A stretch of 64,000 nucleotides of DNA, taken from assembly GCA_963727625.1 (NCBI GenBank), contig CAVSHR010000004.1, positions 288,001 through 352,000 of the forward strand, written 5' to 3'. Positions 40,151 to 50,265 of this stretch are shown piece after piece; the first letter of the stretch is position 1, and every line of letters begins with the position of its first letter. The translations under genes and the position numbers were made by a program. The stretch is from an uncultured delta proteobacterium. GTDB lineage: Bacteria; Desulfobacterota; Binatia; UBA9968. The notes beneath the pieces were generated by a model. That model was given only the letters and a program-made list of their open reading frames with translations. It did not search any database and was not told the origin of the DNA.

Positions 40151-41230
40151 ATGACAAGTAGCCAGACAACTATCAATACTATAAGGGTTTTAGTGATCCA
40201 GCAGTTGCCGGATAGTGCGCTGGAACGGATCGCCAAGATCGACGGTCGTATCAAGGTGGTCGATGCACGCGGATGGTTCGACGGGGACCTGCGCGCAACT
40301 TGGCCACAGTGGACTGTGGATCGATATTTAGGAAACCGACCGTATCCATCGACTACCCCCGACCAGCGGAATCAAGTGCTAGCATCGGCCGATGTCGCAC
40401 TGATGGGCTGGCCGCCCTTAAAAAATTTAACTGCCCGCGCGCCGTCTTTGAGATGGGTCCACCAGCTGCCGGCGGGAGCGAGCAATCTTTTCCATACCGA
40501 TTTATGGAATATGGAGGTGATCGTGACCACCTCGCGCGGGCTCACTAACAAACGGCCCATGGCCGAGTTTGTCTTGGCGAGCTTTCTCCATTTCTCGCGC
40601 GGCCTGCACTTGAGTTATCGGGATCGGCTGCGACACAGTTTCGATCATCGGAGCTATAATCCGGTGATCATCCGCGACAAGACGGTTTGCATTATCGGCG
40701 CAGGCGGCATCGGCCGGGAAGTGGCTTATCTCTGCGCGGCTGCGGGAATGCGGGTGGTCGGTACGCGCCGGCATGTCGAGCCGGGTGGGCCGCCGGTACC
40801 AGGATTCGCGTGCTTGGAGTCCGCCGGCGCATTGCATAAACTCCTCTCCGAAAGCGAATATGTCGCGGTTTGCTGTCCCTGGACAAAAGAAACTCACCAT
40901 CTAATTGGTCCGGCGGCTTTTGACGCGATGAAGCAAGGCGCGGTTCTGGCCAACATCTCGCGTGGCGAGATCATCGACGAGGAAGCATTGGTGCAAACCT
41001 TGGCGAAGGGCAAACTGCGCGGCGTCGCTCTGGACGTTTATGAGGGAGAATTCGACCATGCGCCTGACCCGCGCTTGTGGGACGACGAGCGGGTCGTCAT
41101 CACGCCCCACGTGTCCGCGGTCACGGATGTCTCCGAACACCAGGGACTAAAATTGTTTTGCGAAAATTTAACCCGCTACCTGGCCGGACAGCCGCTGGAA
41201 AACGTCATTGACTGGCAGCGCGGCTATTGA
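40151..41230 (+). CDS. D-2-hydroxyacid dehydrogenase
   Basis: IIGAGGIG; NISRGEIIDE; LDVYEGE; ITPHVS. Confidence 0.9.
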   Translation: MTSSQTTINTIRVLVIQQLPDSALERIAKIDGRIKVVDARGWFDGDLRATWPQWTVDRYLGNRPYPSTTPDQRNQVLASADVALMGWPPLKNLTARAPSLRWVHQLPAGASNLFHTDLWNMEVIVTTSRGLTNKRPMAEFVLASFLHFSRGLHLSYRDRLRHSFDHRSYNPVIIRDKTVCIIGAGGIGREVAYLCAAAGMRVVGTRRHVEPGGPPVPGFACLESAGALHKLLSESEYVAVCCPWTKETHHLIGPAAFDAMKQGAVLANISRGEIIDEEALVQTLAKGKLRGVALDVYEGEFDHAPDPRLWDDERVVITPHVSAVTDVSEHQGLKLFCENLTRYLAGQPLENVIDWQRGY

Positions 41231-41305
41231 GTCGCTGCGCCCCCTCAATCAAAGCCGAACTAATCGCCGATTAGCGACGATCTCGACCCGCCACGCCTGC
41301 TCGAA

Positions 41306-41911
41306 TTAGATCCAGTTCCAATTCTCGGCCCGGCCCGAGAGGCCGCGGATGACAAGAGTTTGCTTGAGCTTGTGCTGGTAAAGTTTCAATAACTCAGCCT
41401 TAACAGAATCGCCTTCGATGATTCCCAACGCGTAGGCGACGGCCTGCAGGGTAGCCATTCCTTCCCGCCGGTGTTGGTGGCGCAGGCGAAACTTCGAGGT
41501 GTTGGGCGCGCTGATCATCACCTTTCTTATATTCTTCAATTCGGGATGACGAAAGTGGACCTTTCCCGCCTGCCGCCAGTTACCGTCGGGAACGATGAGC
41601 TGAATCGGGGTTTGCTCCTGGCCCACGAGCTCCTGAGTCAGCTCCACGGCGTCTCGGGAAGGATACAATAACCATGTCCGGTACCGGGGCGTCAGGAGAT
41701 CGCTCAGATCGAGGGGTTCTATGGTTTCGCCCCGCACCCGCATCTCGCTATTTACCAACGCTTTTGACGCGAGCAGCCCGGTATTGGTCCGCCGCGTTAG
41801 CTCGCTCGTATGAATCACCAGACAAACCCTGGTGTTCAATTCAATGCGCGGTATCGCTGCGCAGATGCAGGAGCTCGGCTGGAAGTGGCAAATCGAACAG
41901 CGCTCGACCAT
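41306..41911 (-). CDS. DTW-domain tRNA-uridine aminocarboxypropyltransferase (TapT/YfiP-like)
   Basis: RCSIC..CIC; H.SE..R.TNTG.L; LLYPS; VPDGNWRQA (DTW-like); ATLQAVAYAL. Confidence 0.85.
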   Translation of the reverse strand: MVERCSICHFQPSSCICAAIPRIELNTRVCLVIHTSELTRRTNTGLLASKALVNSEMRVRGETIEPLDLSDLLTPRYRTWLLYPSRDAVELTQELVGQEQTPIQLIVPDGNWRQAGKVHFRHPELKNIRKVMISAPNTSKFRLRHQHRREGMATLQAVAYALGIIEGDSVKAELLKLYQHKLKQTLVIRGLSGRAENWNWI

Positions 41912-42061
41912 AGGATTTATCGATGATTTTTAAAGTGATTGCGAAAGTTTGTTCCGATTAGCTCGGGTGGTTCAGCTCACAAGCGCTTCGACGTTCGGAG
42001 CCGATATCGAATCGCCCAAGCTCGCGAACTGAAGAGGCATCAACTCTGCGAACCAACAGGC

Positions 42062-42808
42062 TTAGCCAACGAAGTAAAACCCGCCGTCAACGTTCAACAA
42101 TTGCCCGGTCATGAAATCGCTCTCCGGTGACGATAGAAACAACACGGTCCCGACCAGATCGTCCTCCACCTGGCTGCGCTTGAGGCTGCGCTGCTGGGCG
42201 CGGATCTTTTCGTACTCGGGATCGACCTGACGGCCCTCGGTGACGACGAAACCGGGGCTCACGGTGTTGACGCAAATATTATAATTGCCCAACTCCCGCG
42301 CCATGGCGCGGGTCATGGCGATGATCGCGCCCTTGGAAGTGACGTAATGGATGTAATTGGGATTTCCCGTCAGCGCGACGTTGGAAGAAATGTTGACGAT
42401 TTTCCCCTGTATTTGCTTCCGCATGTACGGCACAACAGCCTTGGCGCAGAGCCATGCACCGCGCACATTCACCGCCATCGCTTTGTCGAATTCTTCTACG
42501 GTCATTTCCCAGAACGGCCCTTTCCACACGCTCATGAAATAGGCGGCGTTGTTGATCAAAATATCGACGGTGCCGAACTGTCCGACGGTTTCCTGAACCA
42601 TCGCCTTGACGCTCTGTTCGTTGGACACGTCGCAAGCCATGCTGATCGCCATGCCGCCCATATCCTTGATCGCTCTGACCAAAGGGTCGGCGCTGGCGAT
42701 GTCGGGAAGAGATAATTTCGCGCCCTCTTTGGCGAACGCCATAGCGTAGGCTTTAGCGATCTTGCCGCCGCCGCCCGTAATGATCACTGACTTATCTTTG
42801 AAACGCAT
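42062..42808 (-). CDS. SDR family oxidoreductase (tandem paralogue 2)
   Basis: TGGGGKIA; NNAA; YVTSK; GQLLNVDGG. Confidence 0.93.
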   Translation of the reverse strand: MRFKDKSVIITGGGGKIAKAYAMAFAKEGAKLSLPDIASADPLVRAIKDMGGMAISMACDVSNEQSVKAMVQETVGQFGTVDILINNAAYFMSVWKGPFWEMTVEEFDKAMAVNVRGAWLCAKAVVPYMRKQIQGKIVNISSNVALTGNPNYIHYVTSKGAIIAMTRAMARELGNYNICVNTVSPGFVVTEGRQVDPEYEKIRAQQRSLKRSQVEDDLVGTVLFLSSPESDFMTGQLLNVDGGFYFVG

Positions 42809-42937
42809 CTGCACTCGTGGTCGATTTGACTGTCCGTACTTTGCACCTTTGCGCGAGTTTATTTCGTCAAATCCGTTTCCTCGCGCCAGGCCGCCAAGAA
42901 GATAAAGCTTAAACTGACTTGTAACGTTCCGAAAATA

Positions 42938-43684
42938 TCATCCGACGAAATGCGCGCCGCCGTCGACATTGAGCAATTGCCCGGTCATGAAGTCACTCTC
43001 GGACGACGCCAGGAACATCACCGTGCCGACCAGATCGTTCTCCACTTGCACGCGTTTAAAAGCACGATTGGCCACGCGGCTGGCATTGAACGCCGGGTCG
43101 ACCGCGCGCCCTTCGGTGACCACGAACCCGGGGCTCACGGTATTCACGCAAATATTATAATCGCCGACTTCCTTCGCCATCGCCCGCGTCATCGCGATGA
43201 GCGCGCCTTTCGAGGTCACGTAATGGATGTAATTCTGCCCGCCGTTGAGCGCGGTGCCGGAGGAGATGTTGATGATCTTGCCCTTCCCCTGCTGCTTCAT
43301 GTACGGAAATGCCGCCTTGGCGCAGAGCCAGGAACCGCGCACGTTGACCGCCATGGCCTTGTCGAACTCGTCCACTTCCATTTCCCAGAACGGGCTCTTC
43401 TTGACGGTCATAAAATAGGCGGCGTTATTCACCAGGACATCGACGCTGCCGAACTGCTTGGCGACTTCATCGACCATTCCCTTCACGCTCTTTTGGTCTG
43501 AAACGTCGCAGGTCATGCTGATCGCCGTGCCGCCCATATCCCGGATCACTTTGACCACAGGGTCCGCGCTGGTGATATCCGGTAACGCCACCTTGGCGCC
43601 CTCTTTGGCGAAGCCGATGGCGTAAGCCTTGCCGATTTTGCCGCCGCCTCCGGTGATGATCACCGATTTGTTTTCGAAGCGCAT
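42938..43684 (-). CDS. SDR family oxidoreductase (tandem paralogue 1)
   Basis: TGGGGKIG; NNAA; YVTSK; strong SD GGAGAGGAG. Confidence 0.93.
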   Translation of the reverse strand: MRFENKSVIITGGGGKIGKAYAIGFAKEGAKVALPDITSADPVVKVIRDMGGTAISMTCDVSDQKSVKGMVDEVAKQFGSVDVLVNNAAYFMTVKKSPFWEMEVDEFDKAMAVNVRGSWLCAKAAFPYMKQQGKGKIINISSGTALNGGQNYIHYVTSKGALIAMTRAMAKEVGDYNICVNTVSPGFVVTEGRAVDPAFNASRVANRAFKRVQVENDLVGTVMFLASSESDFMTGQLLNVDGGAHFVG

Positions 43685-43770
43685 GGCTGTCTCCTCTCCA
43701 AAGTCTTCACCGGTTGACTTAACATCGCCGTCCGGCGGCTGTCAATGAAACTCGGCGCGGTAGTTAGCTC

Positions 43771-43859
43771 GTCATCCTGAGCGGATGCGAAGGATCCACT
43801 CTGAGCGACAACTAGAAAGTATAAAGCAGATACTTCGTCGCGGCGCTCCTCAGAATGAC
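43771..43859. repeat. Palindromic REP/MITE-like element GTCATCCTGAGCG..CTCAGAATGAC
   Basis: Termini gtcatcctgag / ctcagaatgac; inner cgaaggatc / gatacttcg. Confidence 0.75.
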
Positions 43860-43929
43860 ATCGTAAAGCAACAAACCCTTTCGACCCAAGTTTCGGCGTA
43901 ATTCAGATCGGGCATGACCGAACACTGCA

Positions 43930-43958
43930 TTGACAGCGGATGTCTAGACTTTTATGAT
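43930..43958 (+). promoter_or_regulatory. Putative sigma70 promoter
   Basis: TTGACA-N17-TATGAT, 31 nt before ATG 43990. Confidence 0.7.
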
Positions 43959-43989
43959 CGGCCAGAGATTGCACGCAAGGAATTATCGG

Positions 43990-44949
43990 ATGGCTAAACT
44001 AAAACTTACCATTGCCTTTGATAAGTACGACTATTTACAGCCGCTCCGCGACGGCGAGGCGCAGGCCGAAGGTATCGATCTCAACGTCCTCACGGTGGAA
44101 AGCGGCATTCGCCACGAGCGCATGTTTCACTATGGCGAATACGACGCCTGTGAATTTTCCATGTCCTCATACCTGGTCGCGCGCGGCCAGAACGTCGACT
44201 GGCTGCAGGCCATCCCCTTCTTCCCGCGCCGCATGTGGGGCCACAAGTTTTGCTTCATCAAGGCCGGCTCCGGAGTAAAGAAACCGGCCGATTTGAAGGG
44301 CGGACGCATCGGCTTGCGCAGTTACGAAAATACTCTGGCGCTGGTGACCAAGGGCATGCTGATGAACAGCTACGATCTCGGGGTCAGCGACGTGACCTGG
44401 GTGATCGTCAATCGGGAAACCGTCGGCATGAAGCTGCCACTGAGCATCAAAGTCGAATTCGTTGAGGGCAAGCGCAAGCTGGAAGATTTACTCGTCGAAG
44501 GCAAAGTCGACGCGGAGGTGGAGCCCGATTTGCCGCAAAGGTGGATTCGGGGCGAAGGAAGCGTCGAGCGATTGTTTCCGGACTTCGAAACAGAAGAAAA
44601 AGAGTACTACAAGAAGACCGGCGTCTTCCCGATCATGCATCCGGTGGTGATCAAAAAGGAAATTCTTGACCGCGACCCCTGGGTCGCCACGAGCCTGTAC
44701 GAAGCCCTGATCAAGTCGCGCAAAGCCTATAACGATTTCATGGAGCAGCCGCACCGCTTGAGTTTCGCCTGGGGGCGCTCGTATCTAGAAGAAGAGAGAA
44801 AGTTTTTCGGCAAGGACCCTTTCTACCAAGGCTTCAAAGAGAACTATAACGACGTCGACAACTTGATTAAATTTGCCGATCAGCAGGGTATGCTGAAGCG
44901 CAAGTTGAGCGTCGAAGAATTGTTTACGGAGAACACGCGGACAACTTGA
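43990..44949 (+). CDS. 4,5-dihydroxyphthalate decarboxylase (Pht5/OphC)-like protein, SBP fold
   Basis: LKLTIA..YD..PL.DG; YDACEFSMSSYL; AIPFFPRR; YYKKTGVFPIMHPVVI; DPWVA.SL; no signal peptide. Confidence 0.8.
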   Translation: MAKLKLTIAFDKYDYLQPLRDGEAQAEGIDLNVLTVESGIRHERMFHYGEYDACEFSMSSYLVARGQNVDWLQAIPFFPRRMWGHKFCFIKAGSGVKKPADLKGGRIGLRSYENTLALVTKGMLMNSYDLGVSDVTWVIVNRETVGMKLPLSIKVEFVEGKRKLEDLLVEGKVDAEVEPDLPQRWIRGEGSVERLFPDFETEEKEYYKKTGVFPIMHPVVIKKEILDRDPWVATSLYEALIKSRKAYNDFMEQPHRLSFAWGRSYLEEERKFFGKDPFYQGFKENYNDVDNLIKFADQQGMLKRKLSVEELFTENTRTT

Positions 44950-44964
44950 TTTCCTAATCCAACC

Positions 44965-45038
44965 TGTGATTTCGACCGAAGGGAGAAATCTCTCCGCCCA
45001 GAGGGAGGATTTCTCGTCGCGCTCTCCTCGGAATGACA
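44965..45038. repeat. Palindromic REP/MITE-like element, same family as 43771..43859
   Basis: tgtgatttcgaccgaagggagaaatc .. gatttctcgtcgcgctctcctcggaatgaca; right arm shared with the first copy. Confidence 0.75.
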
Positions 45039-45088
45039 GACATTTGAAAAGCAGCATCCAGCGCAAGAGAAATTACCGGGGAGGATTT

Positions 45089-46183
45089 ATGGTCGACTAC
45101 CGAATCATCGACGCCGACGGGCATGTCATGGAGCTTGACAGCGAGCTGCGCGAATTCATCGGCCCGCCTTACAAAGATTTGGAGTGGCATCAAAGTTATT
45201 CCTTCTGGCCGGGACTGACGATGGACGGTTATCTCCGCTCGCTCCGGCAAAAAGGCGGCTGGGCCGGCGGTGGCGAGGGACCGAAGGCTAATCATTGGCT
45301 CGACTTCCTTGACAAAAACAAGATCGAGCTGACGGTTCTTTACCCGACTCAAGGACTGACCCACGGCGCGATCCAGGACAAAGATTGGGCGATCTGCATG
45401 GCCACGGCGTACAACGACTGGCTCTATCACAAGTTCATGAAAGTCAGCCCGCGACTGGTCGGCGTCGCTTTGCTGCCGATTCAGGATATTTCCGAAGCGG
45501 TGAAAGAGCTGCGCCGCGCGGTAAACGAGCTGGGCATGGTTGGCGCCGTGTTGCCCGCCGTGGCTCCGGGGGGAAGACTCTATAGCGGCCCGGAGTTTTA
45601 TCCGCTTTGGGAAGAAGCGCAAAAGCTCGACGTGCCGGTGTCGACCCACGGCGGTTTGAGCATGCCCGCTCTCGGTCTGGACGCGGTGAATAACTTCACC
45701 ATCGGCCATACCCTCGAACATCCCTTCGCGCAGATCCGCCAATTCACCGCGCTGATGTTCGAAGGCGTATTCGAGCTGTTCCCCGACTTCAAGTTCGGCT
45801 GCATCGAATGCGGCGTCGGCTGGGTGCCGTATATGATGGATCGCATGGACGAAGAACAGGAGCGCAAAGGCCACTATTCGCCGCGCTGCAAGCTCAAGCC
45901 GAGTGAGTACGTCAAGAAAGGCAATATCTATTTCGCCGTCGAAGTCGAAGAGTGCGCGCTGCCGCTTGCGGCGCAGGTGGCCAACGACAACGCGCTGATC
46001 TGGGCGTCCGACTATCCTCACGAGCGCGACCAGCGCGACTTCAGTCGCGACATCCCGAATCTCATCAACCGCAAAGACGTGAGCGACGAGCTGAAGCGAA
46101 AAATCTTCTGGGACAATCCTCTGCGGTTCTACCCGCGGCTCAAAGCGCGAGTCGAAAAAGGCCAAACCAAGGCAGTCGCTTAG
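45089..46183 (+). CDS. Amidohydrolase_2 family protein
   Basis: IIDADGHVME; TVLYPT; IWASDYPHE; SD GGAGG before ATG 45089. Confidence 0.9.
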   Translation: MVDYRIIDADGHVMELDSELREFIGPPYKDLEWHQSYSFWPGLTMDGYLRSLRQKGGWAGGGEGPKANHWLDFLDKNKIELTVLYPTQGLTHGAIQDKDWAICMATAYNDWLYHKFMKVSPRLVGVALLPIQDISEAVKELRRAVNELGMVGAVLPAVAPGGRLYSGPEFYPLWEEAQKLDVPVSTHGGLSMPALGLDAVNNFTIGHTLEHPFAQIRQFTALMFEGVFELFPDFKFGCIECGVGWVPYMMDRMDEEQERKGHYSPRCKLKPSEYVKKGNIYFAVEVEECALPLAAQVANDNALIWASDYPHERDQRDFSRDIPNLINRKDVSDELKRKIFWDNPLRFYPRLKARVEKGQTKAVA

Positions 46184-46216
46184 CCGCCGGCAATTTAATT
46201 GCAGGTAAAATTCTTT

Positions 46217-46380
46217 TCACCACGAAGTGTGTCATGAGCTTACGCTCCCTCCAGAGAATGAAATTGAACGGATTAACCACCACTCGGCGCCCGCGACCGT
46301 CTTATTTCGAAGGAGGACACAAAGTTAGAATCCTCAATTTTTGAAACCTTCGTGTCCTTCGTGCTTTCACTTCGTGGTGA
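46217..46380. repeat. Palindromic element TCACCACGAAG..CTTCGTGGTGA with internal CTTCGTG repeats
   Basis: Inverted termini tcaccacgaag / cttcgtggtga; tandem cttcgtgtc-cttcgtgct units; lies between convergent genes. Confidence 0.65.
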
Positions 46381-46394
46381 GATCCCTTTCCGCC

Positions 46395-49300
46395 TCAATG
46401 AAAATCCCGGCTGCGCATGCTCGCCGGCTTCAGCTCCACTCTCGGCTCCCACAGTTCTTCCGCCACCAGATGCACTACTCCCTCTTCGGCCTGGATGGTG
46501 CCGCTGATACCGAGAAAGCTCGCGGTCTTCGCCAGCACCGCATAGCGCTGAAAAACGCTCTCCCAAATCACCGCATTCACAAAACCGGTTTCATCTTCCA
46601 GCGTCATGAACACGACGCCGCCGGCTGTCCCCGGCCGCTGCCGGCAGATCACCAGCCCGGCGTAGCGAATTTTTACGCCGTTTCTCATTTGCGCCACGGC
46701 GCGCGCGTCCGGTAATTTATGGCGAATCAAGCTCGCGCGCATCGGTTCGAGCGGATGGCGCCGCGCGCTGTGCGAAGTGCGGCGGTAATCCCAACCGACT
46801 TCCTCGAAGTCGCTCAAGGGCGCGAACCCCGGACGGCGTTCCCGCGCCGGCAGCGACAATGATTCTCCTCGCGTACGCGCCAAACGGCGCGCATCCCAGA
46901 GCGCGGTGCGCCGGTCGATGTGAAAAGAATCGAAGGCGCCGGATTCCGCAAGGGCGCTGAGCGAAGCTTCATCCAAACCCGTGCGCCGGGCGAAGTCCTG
47001 GAGCGATGTGAATGCTGCAGTACGGCGCGTGCGAATGATTCTCTCCCACTCGCCTTCCCCCAGTCCTTTGACGTAGCGTAGCCCCATGCGAACGGCGAAG
47101 CCGCCGTGGCTTTGCGTGCAAAGCTCCAGCGTGCAGTTCCAATCGCTCGTCTGGATGTCGATGCTACGCATGACGACGTGATGGCGCTTGGCGTCCTCGA
47201 CGATAGTCGCGGGCGTATAGAATCCCATCGGCTGGGCGTTGAGCAAGGCACAGGTATATTCCGCGTGATAGTGGCACTTGAGCCATGCGGTCGCGTAGGC
47301 GATAAGCGCGAAGCTCGCTGCGTGGCTCTCCGGAAAACCATACTCGCCGAAGCCGCGGATTTGCTCGAAGACCCGCTCGGCGAATTCCGCGGCGATGCCT
47401 TTCACCTGCATGCGCGTGATCAGCCGCTCGCGATGGCACTCCATTCTTCCGGTGCGGTGCCACGCCGCCATGTCGCGGCGCAGCTGATCGGCTTCGCCCG
47501 GCGTGTAGTCGGCGGCGATCATGGCGAGGCGCATCACCTGTTCTTGAAACAGCGGCACGCCGAGGGTTTTTTCCAGAACCGGTTTCAACGACGGATGCGG
47601 AAATTCCACATTTTCTTTGCCCTGTCTTCGGCGTAGATAGGGGTGCACCATGCCGCCGGTGATCGGTCCGGGACGGACGATGCTGATCTCGATGACCAGA
47701 TCGTAAAAGTTTCGCGGCCGGAGCCGCGGCAGCATCGCCATTTGCGCCCGGCTCTCGATCTGGAACACACCCACCGTGTCACCCTTGCAGATCATCTCGT
47801 AGGTTGCCGTGTCATTCGCGGGAATCGTCGCCATCGACAGATCGAAACCGCGGTGCTCATGCAGCAGCTTGAAGCAGAAATCGAGCTGGGTCAGGCCACC
47901 CAAGCCGAGCAGATCGACCTTGAACAGGCCGAGGTCTTCCACGTCTTCCTTGTCCCACTGGATCACCGTGCGCTCGGGCATGGTGGCGTTCTCGATGGGG
48001 ACGAGGTCGTACACCGGTTCGTGGCCGAGCAGAAAACCGCCGGGATGAATCGACAAGTGACGCGGGAAATCCAAAATCTCATTGGTGAGCTGGAGCAGAT
48101 GTTCGTTCACTCCACCGGACAGATCAAAACCCATCGCGGCCAGCACCTCCGGCCGCACGTTCTCGTAGGACGAAAGAAACTTGGCAACCCGATCCAGCGC
48201 CGTCTCCGACAGGCCCAGCGCCTTGCCGACGTCGCGCAGTGCCGAGCGCGCGCGGTAGCGTACCACGTTGGCGACCATGGCGGCGCGGTCGCGGCCGTAT
48301 TTCTGATAAACATGCTGGATCACTTCCTCGCGCCGGTCATGCTCGATGTCGAGATCGATATCCGGCGGTTCGGCCCGCTCCCGCGAGATAAAGCGCTCGA
48401 ACAACAGGCCGATCCGCTTTGGATCGACAGCGGTAATCCCCAGGCAATAGCACACAGCCGAATTGGCCGCCGAACCGCGCCCCTGACAGAGAATCCCGTT
48501 AGCGCGGCAGAACTCGACGATCTCCCACATGGTGAGAAAATAGCCGGGATAATCGAGCGCTTCGATGATCTCAATCTCCTTTTCAATCTGTACGACGATC
48601 TCATCGGGGATCCGGTCGGGATAGCGCCGGCGCGCGCCGGCCAAGGTTTGCCGGCGCAGCCATTCGGCCGATGTCATTCCGTTCGGCAATGTTTCGGACG
48701 GATAGCGGTAGCGGATTTCATCGAGCGAAAAATTGCAGCGCTCGGCGATTTCCAGCGTGCGCTCGACTGCGCCCGGGTCGTCGCCGAAAAGGCGCGCGAA
48801 AGCGTGCGGCGGCTTGAGCCCGTATTCGGCGTTGGGCTTGAGCTTGCGACCGCAGGAAGTGACGGGAATACCGTGGCAAATCGCGGTCAAGACATCCTGC
48901 AAACGGCGCCGCGCCGGGGTGTGGTACAGAACCTCGTTGGCAGCGGCCAAGGAAAAACCAAAGCGCTTGGCGCGCTTGCGCAGCCGCGCTTCCTGACTGA
49001 TTTCTTCTTCGCGGCGGTGGCGCGCAATCATGGCGTAAATCCGGTCGGCAAAAGCATCGCGGAGCTTGCCGAGCGCTTCATCCGGTTCAGCTTCACCGAT
49101 CAGCAAACTTTGCTCGCCGCCCCACAGTGCAACCAGTCCCGGCGCATGGGTGCAAATCTCGTCCCAAGTAACAACGCTTTCGCCTTTCCCCGAGCGCAAC
49201 CGCCCCTTCGTTAGCAATCGGCAGAGATTGGCATAGCCGCCACGGTCCTGCGCCAGCAGAACGATCGTCGAGCCATCTTCTACCGTCACTTCCGAACCGA

Positions 49301-49490
49301 CGATGAGCTTCATGCCGACTTCGCGCGCCTTCACATGAGCGCGCACCACGCCGTAGACGCCATCGCGGTCGGTCAGCGCGATCACCGGCAAGCCGAGCCG
49401 ATAAACCTCCTCCACCAGCTCGTCCGGATGGCTCGCGCCTTCGAGAAAAGAAAAATTACTCTTGCACCAGAGCGGCACGTAGAGAGACAT
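46395..49490 (-). CDS. dnaE2: Error-prone DNA polymerase III alpha (DnaE2/ImuC)
   Basis: [15 protein letters not shown] start; GRGSAANS; EPPDIDLD; [13 protein letters not shown]; TLEDETG OB-fold; diagnostic C-terminal SRDFH. Confidence 0.96.
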   Translation of the reverse strand: MSLYVPLWCKSNFSFLEGASHPDELVEEVYRLGLPVIALTDRDGVYGVVRAHVKAREVGMKLIVGSEVTVEDGSTIVLLAQDRGGYANLCRLLTKGRLRSGKGESVVTWDEICTHAPGLVALWGGEQSLLIGEAEPDEALGKLRDAFADRIYAMIARHRREEEISQEARLRKRAKRFGFSLAAANEVLYHTPARRRLQDVLTAICHGIPVTSCGRKLKPNAEYGLKPPHAFARLFGDDPGAVERTLEIAERCNFSLDEIRYRYPSETLPNGMTSAEWLRRQTLAGARRRYPDRIPDEIVVQIEKEIEIIEALDYPGYFLTMWEIVEFCRANGILCQGRGSAANSAVCYCLGITAVDPKRIGLLFERFISRERAEPPDIDLDIEHDRREEVIQHVYQKYGRDRAAMVANVVRYRARSALRDVGKALGLSETALDRVAKFLSSYENVRPEVLAAMGFDLSGGVNEHLLQLTNEILDFPRHLSIHPGGFLLGHEPVYDLVPIENATMPERTVIQWDKEDVEDLGLFKVDLLGLGGLTQLDFCFKLLHEHRGFDLSMATIPANDTATYEMICKGDTVGVFQIESRAQMAMLPRLRPRNFYDLVIEISIVRPGPITGGMVHPYLRRRQGKENVEFPHPSLKPVLEKTLGVPLFQEQVMRLAMIAADYTPGEADQLRRDMAAWHRTGRMECHRERLITRMQVKGIAAEFAERVFEQIRGFGEYGFPESHAASFALIAYATAWLKCHYHAEYTCALLNAQPMGFYTPATIVEDAKRHHVVMRSIDIQTSDWNCTLELCTQSHGGFAVRMGLRYVKGLGEGEWERIIRTRRTAAFTSLQDFARRTGLDEASLSALAESGAFDSFHIDRRTALWDARRLARTRGESLSLPARERRPGFAPLSDFEEVGWDYRRTSHSARRHPLEPMRASLIRHKLPDARAVAQMRNGVKIRYAGLVICRQRPGTAGGVVFMTLEDETGFVNAVIWESVFQRYAVLAKTASFLGISGTIQAEEGVVHLVAEELWEPRVELKPASMRSRDFH

Positions 49491-49749
49491 CGAGAATAGA
49501 CTTCAGCAAACGAACGCCGCAGTCAAAGGCGGCTTTCAGGAAACCACGGGATATTTTCTCTTTTGAGGGAGAAACACGCAGGTTAAGGATTTTTGTTTGT
49601 AGTGTCTCGGCTGCTACCGAAGAATCTCAGCAGCCGACATCAGTGTTCGCGAGATCTCCGCGCTAACCACCGATCGCAGAGATTCGCCATGGGGGCATAG
49701 GAACACCCGCCTTGAGCTTTATGCGGCCTAACGCTATCCCGCTGAGCCG
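49342..49749. repeat. Direct repeat copy 1 (dnaE2 first 149 nt + upstream region + attC arm)
   Basis: Colinear with 50338..50747. Confidence 0.95.
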
Positions 49750-49775
49750 GAATCGGGTCCGGCGGCAGGTTAGGC
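49726..49775 (-). mobile_element. attC site (short/degenerate) of the toxin-antitoxin cassette
   Basis: Minus strand GCCTAAC-ctgccgccggacccg-attc-cggctcagcgggatagc-GTTAGGC, 3 nt after the relE stop. Confidence 0.7.
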
Positions 49776-49778
49776 TCT

Positions 49779-50042
49779 CTATCGGTAAACGTCCTTTCTG
49801 TGGCCAACTTTGACGATGTCGACCAGAAATTTCTCGTCGTCGATGGAATACAAGATACGATAGTTACCCTCTCGCACCCTATATCGGTCGAGGTGACCTG
49901 ATAATTTTTCACAACCAAACGGCCTTGGGTCCTCACTGAGGGATTGAATCCGTAGAACAATTCGTTGCCGGTCTTTCTTCTGTCCGACAGCGTCAATCTC
50001 TCTGCTTGCAGACGGCTTGATGACAACCCTATATCTTGCCAC
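49779..50042 (-). CDS. RelE/ParE family type II toxin
   Basis: YRVVIKPSA; DPRPFGCEKLSG..YRVREGNYRILYSIDD..VKVGHRKDVYR. Confidence 0.93.
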   Translation of the reverse strand: MARYRVVIKPSASREIDAVGQKKDRQRIVLRIQSLSEDPRPFGCEKLSGHLDRYRVREGNYRILYSIDDEKFLVDIVKVGHRKDVYR

Positions 50043-50259
50043 GCCGTCTCAATGACCTCACCACGATTTCAAAGTCGACGCTCTTTTCGTGATGGCGTTC
50101 TTCAAACGCAGCCAGATCTTCCGCGTCCTCGGCCAACGCCAGTTTCACAGCGTCGTTGACCATATCAGAAATGGAACGATCGGTAGCTGCGGCCTTCAAT
50201 CGCAGGGCTCGATGAATCTCGGGTTCGAAATAAACGGTAGCTCGTTTGGGTAAACTCAT
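50029..50259 (-). CDS. Ribbon-helix-helix (CopG-type) antitoxin
   Basis: KRATVYFEPEIHRALRLKAA..SIS..VNDAV..ALAEDAEDL; 14-nt overlap with the toxin. Confidence 0.88.
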   Translation of the reverse strand: MSLPKRATVYFEPEIHRALRLKAAATDRSISDMVNDAVKLALAEDAEDLAAFEERHHEKSVDFEIVVRSLRRRGKI

Positions 50260-50265
50260 ACGGGT

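Noticed and set aside
44966-45088. N-terminal extensions given by the ORF track (also at 22685, 31631, 33511, 34691, 52087, 53424, 63854)
   Set aside because: They run through repeats or overlap neighbouring genes; downstream ATGs, most with SD sequences, fit better.
44954-46165. 403-aa minus-strand ORF, and similar long antisense ORFs (14304, 33574, 61826, 30756, 23822)
   Set aside because: Each fully overlaps a motif-supported gene on the opposite strand.
47643-49214. 523-aa plus-strand ORF
   Set aside because: Antisense shadow of dnaE2, expected in GC-rich coding DNA; no motifs.
49491-49725. LexA box upstream of dnaE2
   Set aside because: No match to CTGT-N8-ACAG, GAAC-N4-GTTC or GTTC-N7-GTTC found.
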